Positions 30,923 to 41,864 of a stretch of 64,000 nt of DNA are shown here, piece by piece; the stretch's first letter is position 1; each line of letters begins with the position of its first letter. Source of the stretch: Candidatus Latescibacterota bacterium (GTDB taxonomy: Bacteria; Latescibacterota; UBA2968; UBA8231); contig CBDAOB010000003.1 of NCBI GenBank assembly GCA_965197905.1, positions 352,001 to 416,000 on the forward strand, given 5' to 3'. A model generated the notes under the pieces. The model had not been told where the DNA came from. It saw only the letters and a program-made list of their open reading frames with translations, and did no database searches. The position numbers were made by a program, and so were the translations under genes.

Positions 30923-33336
30923 TCACTGGCGCTCGATGCCGAGCTTCTTCATACGGCTGTAGAGAGTCGATGGTTTCATTCCCAGTATCTCAGCCGCACC
31001 GCGGTCGCCGCGAATCACCCAATTCGTCTGGTCCAAAATCAATTGTATGTACTGCCTTTCGTGCTCCTCCAGGGTGTGAATTGGTTGGTTCGCTGTGGCG
31101 CTGCCCTCTTCTTCAAAATGCAGGTGACGCGGCTCCACATCGGCGCCACGACTCTCGATGAGGGCTCGCCGGATGATATTCATCAACTCGCGCACATTGC
31201 CCGGAAATGAGTAGCCCATCAGACTGGCGACGGCTTGCGGGCTGAGCTCGGGGGGCTCGTGACCCATCTCCTCCGCAGAGAGTTGCAGGAAGTGCTGCGC
31301 CAGGAGTGGGATGTCCTCCCGCCGGTCCCGGTCGCGCAACGGCGCAATCGTCACTGTGAAGCGGGCGATGCGGAAATACAGATCGGCGCGAAAGCGCTCC
31401 TCCTGGATGCGCCGCTGCAGATCGACATTGGTCGCTGCCACGGCGCGCACGTCTACCTTCCGTCCCTCGCGAGCGCCAACGCGCCAAACCAGACCGTCCT
31501 CGAGGACGCGCAGCAGCTTGGGTTGCAGCTCCACCGGCATTTCGCCCAACTCGTCCAGGAAGAGTGTGCCCTCGTGGGCCATCTCGAAGTAGCCCACCCG
31601 GTCGGAGTCAGCCCCGGTAAAGGCCCCTTTGAGGTGGCCGAAAAGCAGCGATTCGGCAAGTTCGCGAGGAATGGAGGCGCAGTTCACGGGCACGAAAGGC
31701 CCTTCCCGCCGCTCCGAACCATAGTGGATGGCGCGGGCGATGAGTTCCTTGCCCGTTCCGTTCTCACCGGAAATCAGCACAGAAGTGGCGGGGTTCTCCT
31801 GCAACAGGCGAATGTCATCGAAAATCCGCTGAACCGTCGCACTCCTGCCGACGAAACCCTCCAAGCCCCAATGCTCGGCCTCGCGTTCGGACAGCATCGA
31901 CAGCTGCCCTTTGAGCGCTTTGCGCAACGCGGCTTCTTCCTCAAAGGCCCGGTTTTTTTCCTCCAACTCCTCATTGCTAGCTTCAAGCTCCCGGGTTCGT
32001 TCGAGGACTCGCTGTTCCAGGCTCTCATTGACCTCCAGCAGGCTGTCCGAGAGTGATTTCGTCCGTTCCAGCTCCAACTCTAAGGCGCAGTGCGTCTGTG
32101 CGAAGTCAAAGGACAGATAGACGGATAAGGACATCAGGAACAAGACCACACCGAACAGATAGGGGTACTCGAGACCAGCCGGCGCCTCAAAGATTTCCAG
32201 ATTGAGAAGGATCTGATAGCCGCTCAGCAGCACAAAGCCGATCACTCCGGGCGGGATGATCCAGAGGGGATGCATGCCAGCGCCGCTGCCGATTCCGGCC
32301 GCGATTCGCCTGTCGGCGGATCGCTGGCGCATCAGCAAGGTCGCTACAACTCGAAGGATTTCCACACAGATCACCAGAACAAACAGATACACGAAGTCCT
32401 GCAGTGACAGCCGTACGCAAGCGGCCACTCCCAAACCCACAGCGACCATCGCAAAACCCCAGAATCGCCGCGGCGTATGCGCCGAGAGCGCGTAGACGAC
32501 GCGCAGGCCCATCAGCGCGACCACGAGCACGAGTACGCGCCACAGCCTCTCATACAGGGTGTCCTGAGCCAGATCGGTGGCGAAGAGTGGATCTGAAAAT
32601 TGGTGAAGACCAAGGCGGTCAATGCGCCGCAGAGCAGGGCCAAATCGAGATGGGTTCGCTGTCTGCGGTAGAGCAGGAACAGGACGAGATGCAGCAACGC
32701 GAAAGTGATCAGTAGACCGCAGAAAAACCGCTGGTAATTGCGGTATGTTTCGACCTCCCTGAGGCGGCGATCTATTGCACTCGCCAACGTGCCGAGGGCC
32801 AGCGCGAAACCGGCGTCCGTGTCGGTGCGATACAGGGTGACGGCGGAGAAATTAGAATGCCTGACTGCGATCAAGTGATCGCCGGCCGGGTCCAGGTGGA
32901 GGAGTCGCGGCTCGCGATCCCGGTGCGTCTCCTCGTCACCGGCGGACGTACCGACGCGCCCGAAGCGGTAGATCAACAGGCCGTCAAGATACACCTCCGA
33001 GGCGCCGAACTGCCGGTTGAGGGAGAGCGCCAACGGTATGTCCGCAACGGTCGAGTCGGTCTGGATGTGCAGTCGGAACCAGCCGATGTGCGGCCAACCG
33101 CCGCGCGGGAGGTCGTCGGGCTCCAAGAGCGTCGCAGCGCTCTCCCAGGAAGCATCATCGTGGGCGGGAGCGGCCCACTCGGGCTGATCGCCCGCGTGGT
33201 ACTTCCACAAGCCGTCCAACTCGAGCCCGGCCTGCAGCCCGCTCAGAGACACAGCGATATAGCCATCGGACTGAGCCCAACCCGGTGCGGTCGAGGCAGG
33301 TCCGAACCCCAGCAGGACCAACAGTAGCCGTTTCAT
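30923..33336 (-). pseudogene. Membrane-bound sigma-54 activator (periplasmic sugar-binding-like + 7TM + AAA+ + HTH), frameshifted near 32560
   Basis: WKYHAGDQPEWA..GWFRL periplasmic domain and TMs in 32512-33336; [26 protein letters not shown] and HTH in 30923-32530. Confidence 0.85.
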
Positions 33337-33728
33337 TACCCGTTTTTCCAAAATGGCATCCAAAGACTGTCAGCGCGGAGGAATGAGTGGATGGTAGAGA
33401 AGAATTAAGCGCAGTACGCGGCCATCGGTCAACGGACTCGGCGCACTGACGCACTGCGTTATTCTTGCCACCAGCCGGAGAGAGCGCTTCGGGCCAATCC
33501 GCAAGTGCCGAGCTATTTTCAAAGGAGATGTTTCGCTCCGGGGTTTGGGAACAAAGCGAGACGGATTTTCTGTGGGGTCCAGACGAGGCGGCAGACGCGC
33601 AGCTGGATACGTCGCTCCTCATGGGTCGCTACCTCGTAGAGTTCTCCAAAGGTCGTCAGCGAGGCGCCTAGTGCTTGCGCGTTGACGACCTTCATGCTTA
33701 CCGGCCGCTGCGCTGGCGATGATTTTCG

Positions 33729-35099
33729 TTACATCACATCGTAGCGCAGGAACGAGAAGTACGCCCCCAAAAAGAACACGATATTCCACACACAGAGAAT
33801 GAGAATGTCGATCCAGTTGAGCCGATCTGAGATGGCCGAGTCCTCGTAGGTAAACTGTGGATACCCCTCGATGTTCCGCGAACGCCAGTCATCCCGCTTG
33901 TTCGCTTCGATGTACACATCCAACCCGAAGTCTGTAATCTCGCGACGATATTGGGGCAGCTGATCGAGAAAGAGGTTGCGGTCGCGAATACCGGTTCCCG
34001 CCAGATCAGACGCAGCATAGGCGAACGAAGCAAATGGCGACGCCCTGGAGATGTTCTGCGCCAACGCAATCTGAGCATTCATGGTCTTCTGAAACTGCTC
34101 GTTGATGCGATCCTGAATGTCCATGACCTTCGGCAGGTGATCCTTCTGCATCGTGTTGTAGTTGGCCCACCATTTGGAGCCGTACCGCCTTGGAATGTCG
34201 GGATTCGCCTCCGCCCACACATCGACTTCCGCCTGAAATCTCTTCTCCTCCTCTCGCTTGAGCTGGTTTTTTTCCTTTTCGACCAGCACGAACGATCGTA
34301 CCGAAGTCAACTGTGAAGCGATATACGGCGCAGTGTTGGGAATGACGAGAACCATCAGGACCCAGACCATGAGAAGGATGGTAATGGACGTAGAGGCCAG
34401 ATGAGTGCGCGAGGAGATAAACATGCCAAGGGAGTAGATGACAGACAGATATAGAAGCGCCACCAGGAGAATGAGGCCGAGGAACGCCCAGTGCTCCTCG
34501 CGTAACTCGACGGTGGGAAAGAGCACTACAACCACGAGGCCACATAGCAGCGAGATGATAAACGGACCAATCATGGCAAGGTAGCCGCCGATCCATTTGG
34601 CAAGAATCACGACATCTCGAGGCACGCTGTAGGACATTAACAGCTTCAGAGTGCCCAACTCCTTCTCTCCGGATATGGAATCATAGCTAAAGGCTATGGC
34701 CAGCAGGCTCATCACGATGCCGATGAAGAACAGCAAGTCGATGGGCGGAAAGAGAAATGATACGGGATTGCCTTCGTAGTCGGCTTCGAATTGGGGTTCG
34801 CGAACACCACTAACTTTCGCAGTAACGGTCAGCTCTTCGTTGATGCCTTTGAAGAAGATCTGCATGGGATTCAACGGCTTGTCCACTTTGATGCCATCGA
34901 AAGCCAGATCCCTGGACTCTTCGATCTCGGTCTTATGCATGACGAGATTGGTCCGATAATCCGACAGTGCCTCCTTGTAATCTCTTGTCAGCACAAATGA
35001 GCTGGAGAGCATGATCACCAGGCAGATGATACACGCCAGAGCGAAGCGGAGGCTCAGCAGCTGTTCGAGCAGCTCCTTACGTATTAGCAGGAATAACAT
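33729..35099 (-). CDS. ABC-2-like transporter permease
   Basis: RKELLEQLLSLRF, YDSISGEKELGTLKLLMSYSVPRD, ends FLRYDVM; GGAGG RBS. Confidence 0.92.
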   Translation of the reverse strand: MLFLLIRKELLEQLLSLRFALACIICLVIMLSSSFVLTRDYKEALSDYRTNLVMHKTEIEESRDLAFDGIKVDKPLNPMQIFFKGINEELTVTAKVSGVREPQFEADYEGNPVSFLFPPIDLLFFIGIVMSLLAIAFSYDSISGEKELGTLKLLMSYSVPRDVVILAKWIGGYLAMIGPFIISLLCGLVVVVLFPTVELREEHWAFLGLILLVALLYLSVIYSLGMFISSRTHLASTSITILLMVWVLMVLVIPNTAPYIASQLTSVRSFVLVEKEKNQLKREEEKRFQAEVDVWAEANPDIPRRYGSKWWANYNTMQKDHLPKVMDIQDRINEQFQKTMNAQIALAQNISRASPFASFAYAASDLAGTGIRDRNLFLDQLPQYRREITDFGLDVYIEANKRDDWRSRNIEGYPQFTYEDSAISDRLNWIDILILCVWNIVFFLGAYFSFLRYDVM

Positions 35100-35117
35100 C
35101 GATACCTCCCGAGATTT

Positions 35118-36504
35118 TCAAGTTACGTCGTAACGCAGAAAGAATAGGTACGACAACATTAAAAAAAGCACGTTGAGAACGATAATCACAAGTAGCTCGA
35201 TCATCACCTCATCGATGGCATCGTCGACGCGCGCCGGAACCACCTGCAGCACGGGAAACACTTCATTTTGAAACCAACGCGGGTTCAGTACTCCCTCGTG
35301 AAACCTGTAATGCCATTCCTCGCCCCAACTATCGTACTCGGTGCGGAACCGGGCGTAGGAGGTCTTGAACCTGTCGGATAGATCTACTCCAGTACTGGCC
35401 AGCCCGGTGGCGGCGTAGGTGTAACTTGCGGACGGAGAGAGGCGCGACAACATTTTGCTCAAGTCGATCTGCTGCTGCAATCGTTCCCGGTAATGCTGAT
35501 CTAGCTTCCTTTTTCGATTCTCGCCTTCCTCGCGAACCTTGTTGCGCGCCTCCTGCATCTTTGTACCGAAAAAATACATGCTCGAGTTGAGGCGGTTCAC
35601 CCGCAACCGTGTCTCCCGGTCGATCGACGCCTTTTCAGCGGCGATCTTCTGTGCTGTGGGAACGGGTGACAGCACGCGCGCAAAGACCGGCGCGATATTG
35701 GGTATGACCAGAATCCAACAGATCCACGCGAACAGCGACACCAGCAGGGCCGTAGAGGCCTTGTGAGTCAGGGTTGAAATCATCAACCCCAATGCGAAGA
35801 ACATCGAGATGTAGAGCAGTGAGACGGCAAGTATCCAAATCAGACGCTCCGCCGCCTCACCGCTCAGCTGCACCGAGCCGGTGAACGTACGCGAAGCCGC
35901 CGAACACGGATACCATGAACGGGACCGCCAGCGATGCAAATCCCCCTATCCACTTGCCCATCAGCACCAGGTCGCGGGGCACGGAATTGGCGAGAAGGAG
36001 CTTGAGGGTTCCGCGTTCCTTTTCACCGCAGACGGTATCGAAAACAAACAGCACAGCCAATAGGCTGATAACGATGTTGACAATGTAGACGAAATCGGGC
36101 GTGGCGAACAAAGCGAATAAAGGATTGCGGTAGGGACCTTCGTTGATCTTGCGCGCCCCGTTGAGCCAGACATTCACCTGGGTCGGCAGCTTGCGTTCCA
36201 ACCCGAGGGCGAACATGCTGAGACGACCGGGCCGCCGCCCATGATAACTTCCTTCGGCGGAGAGCATCTCGTCGTGAAACCGTTGGTTGAAATCCTGTTC
36301 ATCCTTGCTATCGGAGTAGAGATTGCTAATGGCGCTCCGGTGCTCCGAGCGAGCCGCCTCGAAGCTGGCCACCGATCTGGCATACTCATCGCTGAGAATG
36401 AATATGCTGGCCTGAATGAGCACGAAGAACAAAACAAAGGTCACCATGAACCGCAGACTCAGTATGTTGGCAGCGATCTCTTTTACGATGAGCGAGACTA
36501 GCAT
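35118..36504 (-). pseudogene. ABC-2-like permease, frameshifted near 35885
   Basis: N-half (35857-36504) and C-half (35118-35939) together align with intact paralog 45059-46423. Confidence 0.88.
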
Positions 36505-36519
36505 CTATCGATGGACGCG

Positions 36520-37977
36520 TTAGTCGAATATGATCCAGCCGTACCTGTCTGGCCGGCGCGTCAATCCATACGTCGGCGTCCACATCGCAAGCTCCGAGTC
36601 CTTGGCGCTGCGCAGCCTGCCGACGCTGAACCCCCAGACGTCCCCCTTCTTTACAGGGGCATCGCTCACTGAAGGGAACATGATCTCGCACTCCATAGCC
36701 CAGGACTTGGGATTCACCTGCGTAGCGCTCTTCAGGTCGGCGTCCCACGTCCAGTCGAGGGAAGGACCTTTCCCGAAACCGATGCTGCGATCGCCGACCA
36801 CTCCGATGCTGTTTATGTAGATGTGGTGGAAAGCCCACTCGTCACGGTCTGCGTCGATGAAGATCTGCATACATGGGTCCTTATGGGTCGCGCCGTCGTC
36901 CTTCTCCTTTGACCACGTTTGCAGATCGCCGGTATCCTCCTCGTACCCTTTAACCGCCACCAACAAACTGCTATCCGTGTACGCCACGTACGCTTCGCTG
37001 CGGCCCGTACCGGGGATAGAACTCATGACCCTGATCATCTTGTAGAACTGGTCGATGCGTGCCGCGTTCTTCCAGACCGGATCGCTGAGGTCTCCGTCGA
37101 TCTGTACCGCCTCCCGCAGCCGAGGAACACGCAGGGCCATCTGATTCTTTTCCAACATGTCCAGTCCCCGCAGGCGCTGCCCGTTGTTGAAATAGAACTT
37201 CCCCAACCGCATCGTCGGATTCTTGCTGTCCGGTTTGAATCTGTGGGCTTTTAGATAGGCCTCCTCGGCGCCGTCCAGGTTCGCCTTGAGCGCTAGCTTG
37301 TCCCCTTCCTGGACCATTTGGGCCACCATTTTTTCCATAAGCTCCCCCGCGTGGCGGCGCAAGGTATCGTCAGTGGTCGCGTTGTAGATCTCCGCGGTCT
37401 TGTCGGCAAGCTCTTTCAGCTCCGCCTCAGTCAACTCCTTACCGCCTATGATCCGGTGGGCTCCCCGCGTGCCGATTCTTTGTGACCGCCACCCTCCGAG
37501 AAACTGAATAGCGCGCACCAGTTCCAATTGGGGTCTGGTTGCCGTTTCGACGTCCAGACGTCGCACGAGGTCGTGGATGAGCTCCTTTTTCCCGGAGTTG
37601 CCGAGCCGGCGGATGGCGATGGCTCGCACTTCTGGCGCCTCGTCGTGGGCCAGCTGCTTCAACGCGACGAGGATGCTCTGGGTAGCTTCGCGCTGGTAGA
37701 TGCGTCCAACCACATCTATGAGATCTACACGCCCGGAAACAGGTTTGGTCGGGTCGGCGGCTGCCTCCAGGATCGCAGGAAGCGACTCAGCATCGCTCAG
37801 CACCAGATCCATCCTGGCGCGCTCGCGGTCCTCACCCCCAGATATCACATCATCAATGGAATCTGAAGTAGGATCGCCGCAGCCCAGGCACAGAGCCAGC
37901 ACTCCGTAGGCCGCCACGAACCTGAAACTCAGGATGTTGTTGACGATTTCTTTACGAATGATATAGAGGAGGATCAT
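36520..37977 (-). CDS. HEAT/TPR/CBM9-like lipoprotein with permease-derived N-terminus
   Basis: MILLYIIRKEIVNNILSFRFVAAY, then LCLGCGD, DEAPEVRAIA, VQIDGDLSDPVW, YGWIIFD. Confidence 0.85.
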   Translation of the reverse strand: MILLYIIRKEIVNNILSFRFVAAYGVLALCLGCGDPTSDSIDDVISGGEDRERARMDLVLSDAESLPAILEAAADPTKPVSGRVDLIDVVGRIYQREATQSILVALKQLAHDEAPEVRAIAIRRLGNSGKKELIHDLVRRLDVETATRPQLELVRAIQFLGGWRSQRIGTRGAHRIIGGKELTEAELKELADKTAEIYNATTDDTLRRHAGELMEKMVAQMVQEGDKLALKANLDGAEEAYLKAHRFKPDSKNPTMRLGKFYFNNGQRLRGLDMLEKNQMALRVPRLREAVQIDGDLSDPVWKNAARIDQFYKMIRVMSSIPGTGRSEAYVAYTDSSLLVAVKGYEEDTGDLQTWSKEKDDGATHKDPCMQIFIDADRDEWAFHHIYINSIGVVGDRSIGFGKGPSLDWTWDADLKSATQVNPKSWAMECEIMFPSVSDAPVKKGDVWGFSVGRLRSAKDSELAMWTPTYGLTRRPDRYGWIIFD

Positions 37978-37989
37978 GCACCCGGAGGT

Positions 37990-38712
37990 TCAGGCAGCTT
38001 GCTCCACCTCTCGGCTGACGTACTCCACGTAGAGCCGTTCGAGGTCTTCGTTGGCCAGCTCATCCCGGGTGAAGATGCGCACCAGGCTGCCCTCGATCAT
38101 GATGCCCACGCGGTCAGCGATCTCCTTGGCGCGAAAAATGTCGTGGGTGGTCATCCACACCGCCTTGTTCTCGCCGCGAAGATCGGCCAGCAACTGCAGA
38201 AATTCAGCCCCGGATTTGGGATCGAGGCCCGAGGTAGGCTCATCCAGCAGGATTACTTCGGCGTTCTTCACGATGGCGATCGCGATTCCCAACTTCTGTC
38301 GCATGCCTTTGGAAAATCCCTTCACGCGCCGGTTGAAGGCATCGCGCTGCAGTCCTACGCGCTCCATTATCTGTTCATACTCCGCATCGGTACTATCCTT
38401 GCGACCGCCGAGTTTTGCAAAGAAATCCAGGTTCTGCCGTGCCGTAAAATTTCCGTAAAGCATGACATTCTCGGACACATAAGCCACGTGTTTCTTGGCC
38501 TCCAGCGGATTCTTGGCCACGTCGATGCCACAGATCTTGACCGTCCCCGCAGTGGGTTCGGTAAAACCGAGGGAAACCATCAAGGTCGTGGTTTTGCCGG
38601 CCCCGTTGGCGCCAAGCATGGTAAAGATCTCGCCTGGCTGAATGGTCAGATCGAGGTTGTTCACCGCCCGGACATCGCCATAGTGCTTGGTCAAACCTTG
38701 GATCTCCAGCAT
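37990..38712 (-). CDS. ABC transporter ATP-binding protein (ABC-2 type)
   Basis: GANGAGKTT Walker A, FSKGMRQK signature, LLDEPTSGLD Walker B; GGAGG RBS. Confidence 0.96.
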   Translation of the reverse strand: MLEIQGLTKHYGDVRAVNNLDLTIQPGEIFTMLGANGAGKTTTLMVSLGFTEPTAGTVKICGIDVAKNPLEAKKHVAYVSENVMLYGNFTARQNLDFFAKLGGRKDSTDAEYEQIMERVGLQRDAFNRRVKGFSKGMRQKLGIAIAIVKNAEVILLDEPTSGLDPKSGAEFLQLLADLRGENKAVWMTTHDIFRAKEIADRVGIMIEGSLVRIFTRDELANEDLERLYVEYVSREVEQAA

Positions 38713-38800
38713 TGTTGCCTCCGTGAAAACTGGCCTGAAAGGGTTGGCGCCAGGTGACGGCAGGGGTGCGCGTCAGCAGCTATTAGGATACGATGTGACG

Positions 38801-38819
38801 GCGGAGTTAACAATGTCAA
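38801..38819 (-). promoter_or_regulatory. Shared regulatory motif, copy 1 (upstream of ATPase operon)
   Basis: TTGACATTGTTAACTCCGC on minus; 18/19 identical to 43481-43499 on plus. Confidence 0.6.
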
Positions 38820-38917
38820 TTGCATTAGTGCATGCGCCGGCGATATCTGGATCTATTCCATCTTCATATATAATTGTTTATTAGCAACTTACGGGTCTTT
38901 TTCGTGGCCGATCAGGC

Positions 38918-38946
38918 TTGACATGGTGCACCTTGCCCGCTAACGT
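38918..38946 (+). promoter_or_regulatory. Sigma-70 promoter for the tolC operon
   Basis: TTGACA-17 bp-TAACGT, 58 bp upstream of ATG 39005. Confidence 0.65.
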
Positions 38947-39004
38947 TGGCCACAAACCCCGAAAATCAAGCTCCATTCTGAAGAAACCGACTAACAGCAC
39001 TCTT

Positions 39005-40348
39005 ATGTTTTGTGGCGCAAGGAGGTTCTTGAGCGGCTTGGGCCTCTGTTTTTTTACGGCCGCGTCGGCGGACGATCGTGTCCAACTCGACATGAGCTTC
39101 TGTCTCGACTCGGCCCTGGAACACAATCGCACCCTGGTGCAGGGGCGGGAGAAGATCAAGGAGGAGGAGAGCGGCAGGGTTGTCGTGCACTCACGGTTCA
39201 TGCCCCACCTGGATCTGACTGCAAATTACGATGCGCTGCGTACGGATCGGCGGGGCGTGACGGATGATGAGATCTCCAGCAGGTTGCGTTTCACCCAGCG
39301 GCTGCTGGAGTTCGGACCCGACCTTGCGGCCGAAGTGCAGCTACGCGCCGACCTCCGTGAGGCGATCTACTCCTACCAGGACCAGATCTACGCTGTCTTT
39401 TCAGAGGTGTGGCGCACCTATCACCTGATTCTCCTGCAGGATCGCCAGCTTGCCATTCGCCAACAATCCCGGCAGGGGTTTCAGGAGGTCTACGAGCGCA
39501 AGCAGGCCCGATTCGAGCGCCGGCTCTCTGATGAGGAGGAGGTGCTCACCGCCTATTTGAATGTGCTCAACGAAGAGCTGGCCATCAACAACGTGGAGCG
39601 CGCCCAGTTCAACAACAAGATGACGCTGCTACGATTGATTGGGCGCCCCATCGGAACGCAAGTGGAACTTGCATCCAGCGAGGTGGGATTCACCCCCGAT
39701 CCCGACAGTTCGGTCCAGGTAGCGATGGGAAACAGCGTCCAGGTTGCACTTGCCGAGAAACGTCTAGAAGAGCAACAGCGCGTGGTGAGCGAGATCGGCT
39801 GGGACTACACCCCCAATCTAAAGGTAGGCGCCGGTGTGGAAGACGGCAGGCGCGACGCCAGCGTCAACGTCGACAAAGACGGCGAAACCTGGGGCGTGGA
39901 CGTGGAGTCGCGGTTGCGGTTGAGCGAGAAGGAGACCGAACCCGGGCCCGGAGATGAGACCCAGTGGTTTGCCCGGGTCGAGGCGCGCATTCCGATCTTT
40001 GAAGGGGGATCGCGCGTTGGGCGGGAGCGTTTGGAGAAGGCTCGGGAACGTCAGGTACAGGTCGAGGTCGCGGACCTGCGCGCCGCCACCGAGCTCCAGG
40101 TGCGACAGGCGTATCAGTCGATGCTGGAAGCAGAGGGGCGGCAGCAGATTCAGGAGGAGCAGGTGCGCATTGCCCGGCGCCGCCTGGAGATCAACCAGAT
40201 CCTCAAAGACAAGGGGCAGGCAGACGAGAGCAAGCTGGAACAGATACGCACCCAGTTCTTTGCAGCCCAGGATATCCTGTTCCAGAATCAGGCCACCTTC
40301 ATCGACCGTCAGGCCGATCTGCGCAAACGTATGGGCTACTTCGAATGA
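39005..40348 (+). CDS. TolC family outer membrane factor
   Basis: Signal peptide, LDMSFCLDSALEHNRTL, PHLDLTANY, RIPIFEGG, ELQVRQAY, two OEP-like halves. Confidence 0.88.
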   Translation: MFCGARRFLSGLGLCFFTAASADDRVQLDMSFCLDSALEHNRTLVQGREKIKEEESGRVVVHSRFMPHLDLTANYDALRTDRRGVTDDEISSRLRFTQRLLEFGPDLAAEVQLRADLREAIYSYQDQIYAVFSEVWRTYHLILLQDRQLAIRQQSRQGFQEVYERKQARFERRLSDEEEVLTAYLNVLNEELAINNVERAQFNNKMTLLRLIGRPIGTQVELASSEVGFTPDPDSSVQVAMGNSVQVALAEKRLEEQQRVVSEIGWDYTPNLKVGAGVEDGRRDASVNVDKDGETWGVDVESRLRLSEKETEPGPGDETQWFARVEARIPIFEGGSRVGRERLEKARERQVQVEVADLRAATELQVRQAYQSMLEAEGRQQIQEEQVRIARRRLEINQILKDKGQADESKLEQIRTQFFAAQDILFQNQATFIDRQADLRKRMGYFE

Positions 40349-41862
40349 CGCAGCGCAAGGTTCCCCACCTTCTTCTGTTGCTTTTGGTGCATGCTGCTGC
40401 GGCCTTCGGCGAGCAGAGCCTGACCAAGGAACAGCAACTGAGCAAGCTGAAGCTAAGAGAGCGGATTTTGGCATTGGAAGAACGACGTACAAGCTTGCAG
40501 ACCCACCGAGAAGAGCTGCAGACGACGAGAGAGCTCTTCGACGGAGGTTTCGTCGCGTTGCAGAAGCTCAAACAGACGCGCAATCGTTTCGAGCAGGCCC
40601 GCCTCGATTACGAGTGGGCGGAGATTGAACTCGAGGAGGCCAAGCTGGAACTGTTGAGAACAGCGACGCACATCATCGTCTCGGAGGCACGCAAGTACAA
40701 GACCGAAGAGGGCAAGTTCATGGTTGACGTCGTTCTTGAAAACGCTTCCGACATTCGCGACGCCCTGCTCGTGGACGCGGCGCTGACGGAGGAGGAGTTG
40801 CGCACTCTCCTGAAGGTAGAGCACATCTTTGCGTCGGTGAGTTATGGTCCGATCGTAGGCGAGCCTTACGAGATCCGCATCCCGTCTCTGGAGGTGGGGG
40901 AGCAACGCAAGATCACCTACCGCCTGCTTCGGGACGAAGAGGCGGTCTACGTCAACCTGAAGTATCTGGATATCAAAGATGAGAAGCCGGTGATCCTCAA
41001 GAAGGGAAGCCAGCAAGATCTTCCCAGCATCAACTCGGCGCAGTTCTCCCAGGAAGGCGAGCTCAATCAAACAGTGAGGTTCGGTCTAACACTCCAGCGC
41101 CTGGCGGAGGAGGAACGTAACTTCGCCCTCGCCGTGATTGGGCTGCCACCGCGGATCGACTACGCCTTCGTAAATCAGGGAGCGAAAGTCAATCAGATAA
41201 AATTCGACGAAACTACCTCGGAGGTGAAACTATCGCTGGAAATGGATATCCCGGAGAAGCTTGATCGGAAGCTGGTCGAGGTAACACGCACCTTTTTCGC
41301 TCTGGTTACGAACGTCAGCGAGTACGCCAAAATCAATGAGCTCCGCGCTCGCTACGGCGAAAACCAAGTCCAGGAAGAAGACGTGAAGTTGCTCAAAGCC
41401 AACTACGTTCGTCTCGAGCTGATTCCCAAGGGTATCGGCAAACTGGAGGTGCTGATCTCCAATCGGTACCTGGAGACCGAAGTCGGCGAGGAGCTGCAGT
41501 TTCGCGTCGAATTCCTCAACCGCGGCACGGTAGCGGTGCAGAATATCCGGGCCGAGCTCGACTTACCGTATGAATGGGAAAGCAGCGTTGAGCCGAAGCT
41601 CTTCAAGCTGCTTGAGCCCGGGGAGAGCGGTCCCATCTCGATCTGGTCCCGCCCGCCCGAGAACATCGCTGTAGGAGACTATGAAGTAGGGGTCGAAGCC
41701 CAGGGACAAGTTGGTACGGAAAACATCGAATCTCTGGAAAAGAACATCACCGTCCGCATCGGTGCCCGCTCCAACATTACCGGAAATGCCATTCTCATCG
41801 GGGTTCTCGTGTTGATGGTTGTGGGTATAGGTGTGGCCAGCGTCAAGATCAGTCGCAAGTAA
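40345..41862 (+). CDS. Signal peptide + alpha-hairpin + Ig-like/NEW3-like domains + C-terminal TM protein A (COG1470-like)
   Basis: VEFLNRGTVAVQNI..LPYEWESSVEP..LEPGES..PENIAVGDYEV NEW3-like motif; TM + KISRK tail. Confidence 0.8.
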   Translation: MTQRKVPHLLLLLLVHAAAAFGEQSLTKEQQLSKLKLRERILALEERRTSLQTHREELQTTRELFDGGFVALQKLKQTRNRFEQARLDYEWAEIELEEAKLELLRTATHIIVSEARKYKTEEGKFMVDVVLENASDIRDALLVDAALTEEELRTLLKVEHIFASVSYGPIVGEPYEIRIPSLEVGEQRKITYRLLRDEEAVYVNLKYLDIKDEKPVILKKGSQQDLPSINSAQFSQEGELNQTVRFGLTLQRLAEEERNFALAVIGLPPRIDYAFVNQGAKVNQIKFDETTSEVKLSLEMDIPEKLDRKLVEVTRTFFALVTNVSEYAKINELRARYGENQVQEEDVKLLKANYVRLELIPKGIGKLEVLISNRYLETEVGEELQFRVEFLNRGTVAVQNIRAELDLPYEWESSVEPKLFKLLEPGESGPISIWSRPPENIAVGDYEVGVEAQGQVGTENIESLEKNITVRIGARSNITGNAILIGVLVLMVVGIGVASVKISRK

Positions 41863-41864
41863 TC

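Noticed and set aside
33465..33671. 68-aa plus-strand ORF between activator and permease
   Set aside because: No recognisable family or RBS; may be a gene fragment but cannot be supported.
38918..39004. TTG start for TolC
   Set aside because: Coincides with the -35 box; the signal peptide fits ATG 39005.
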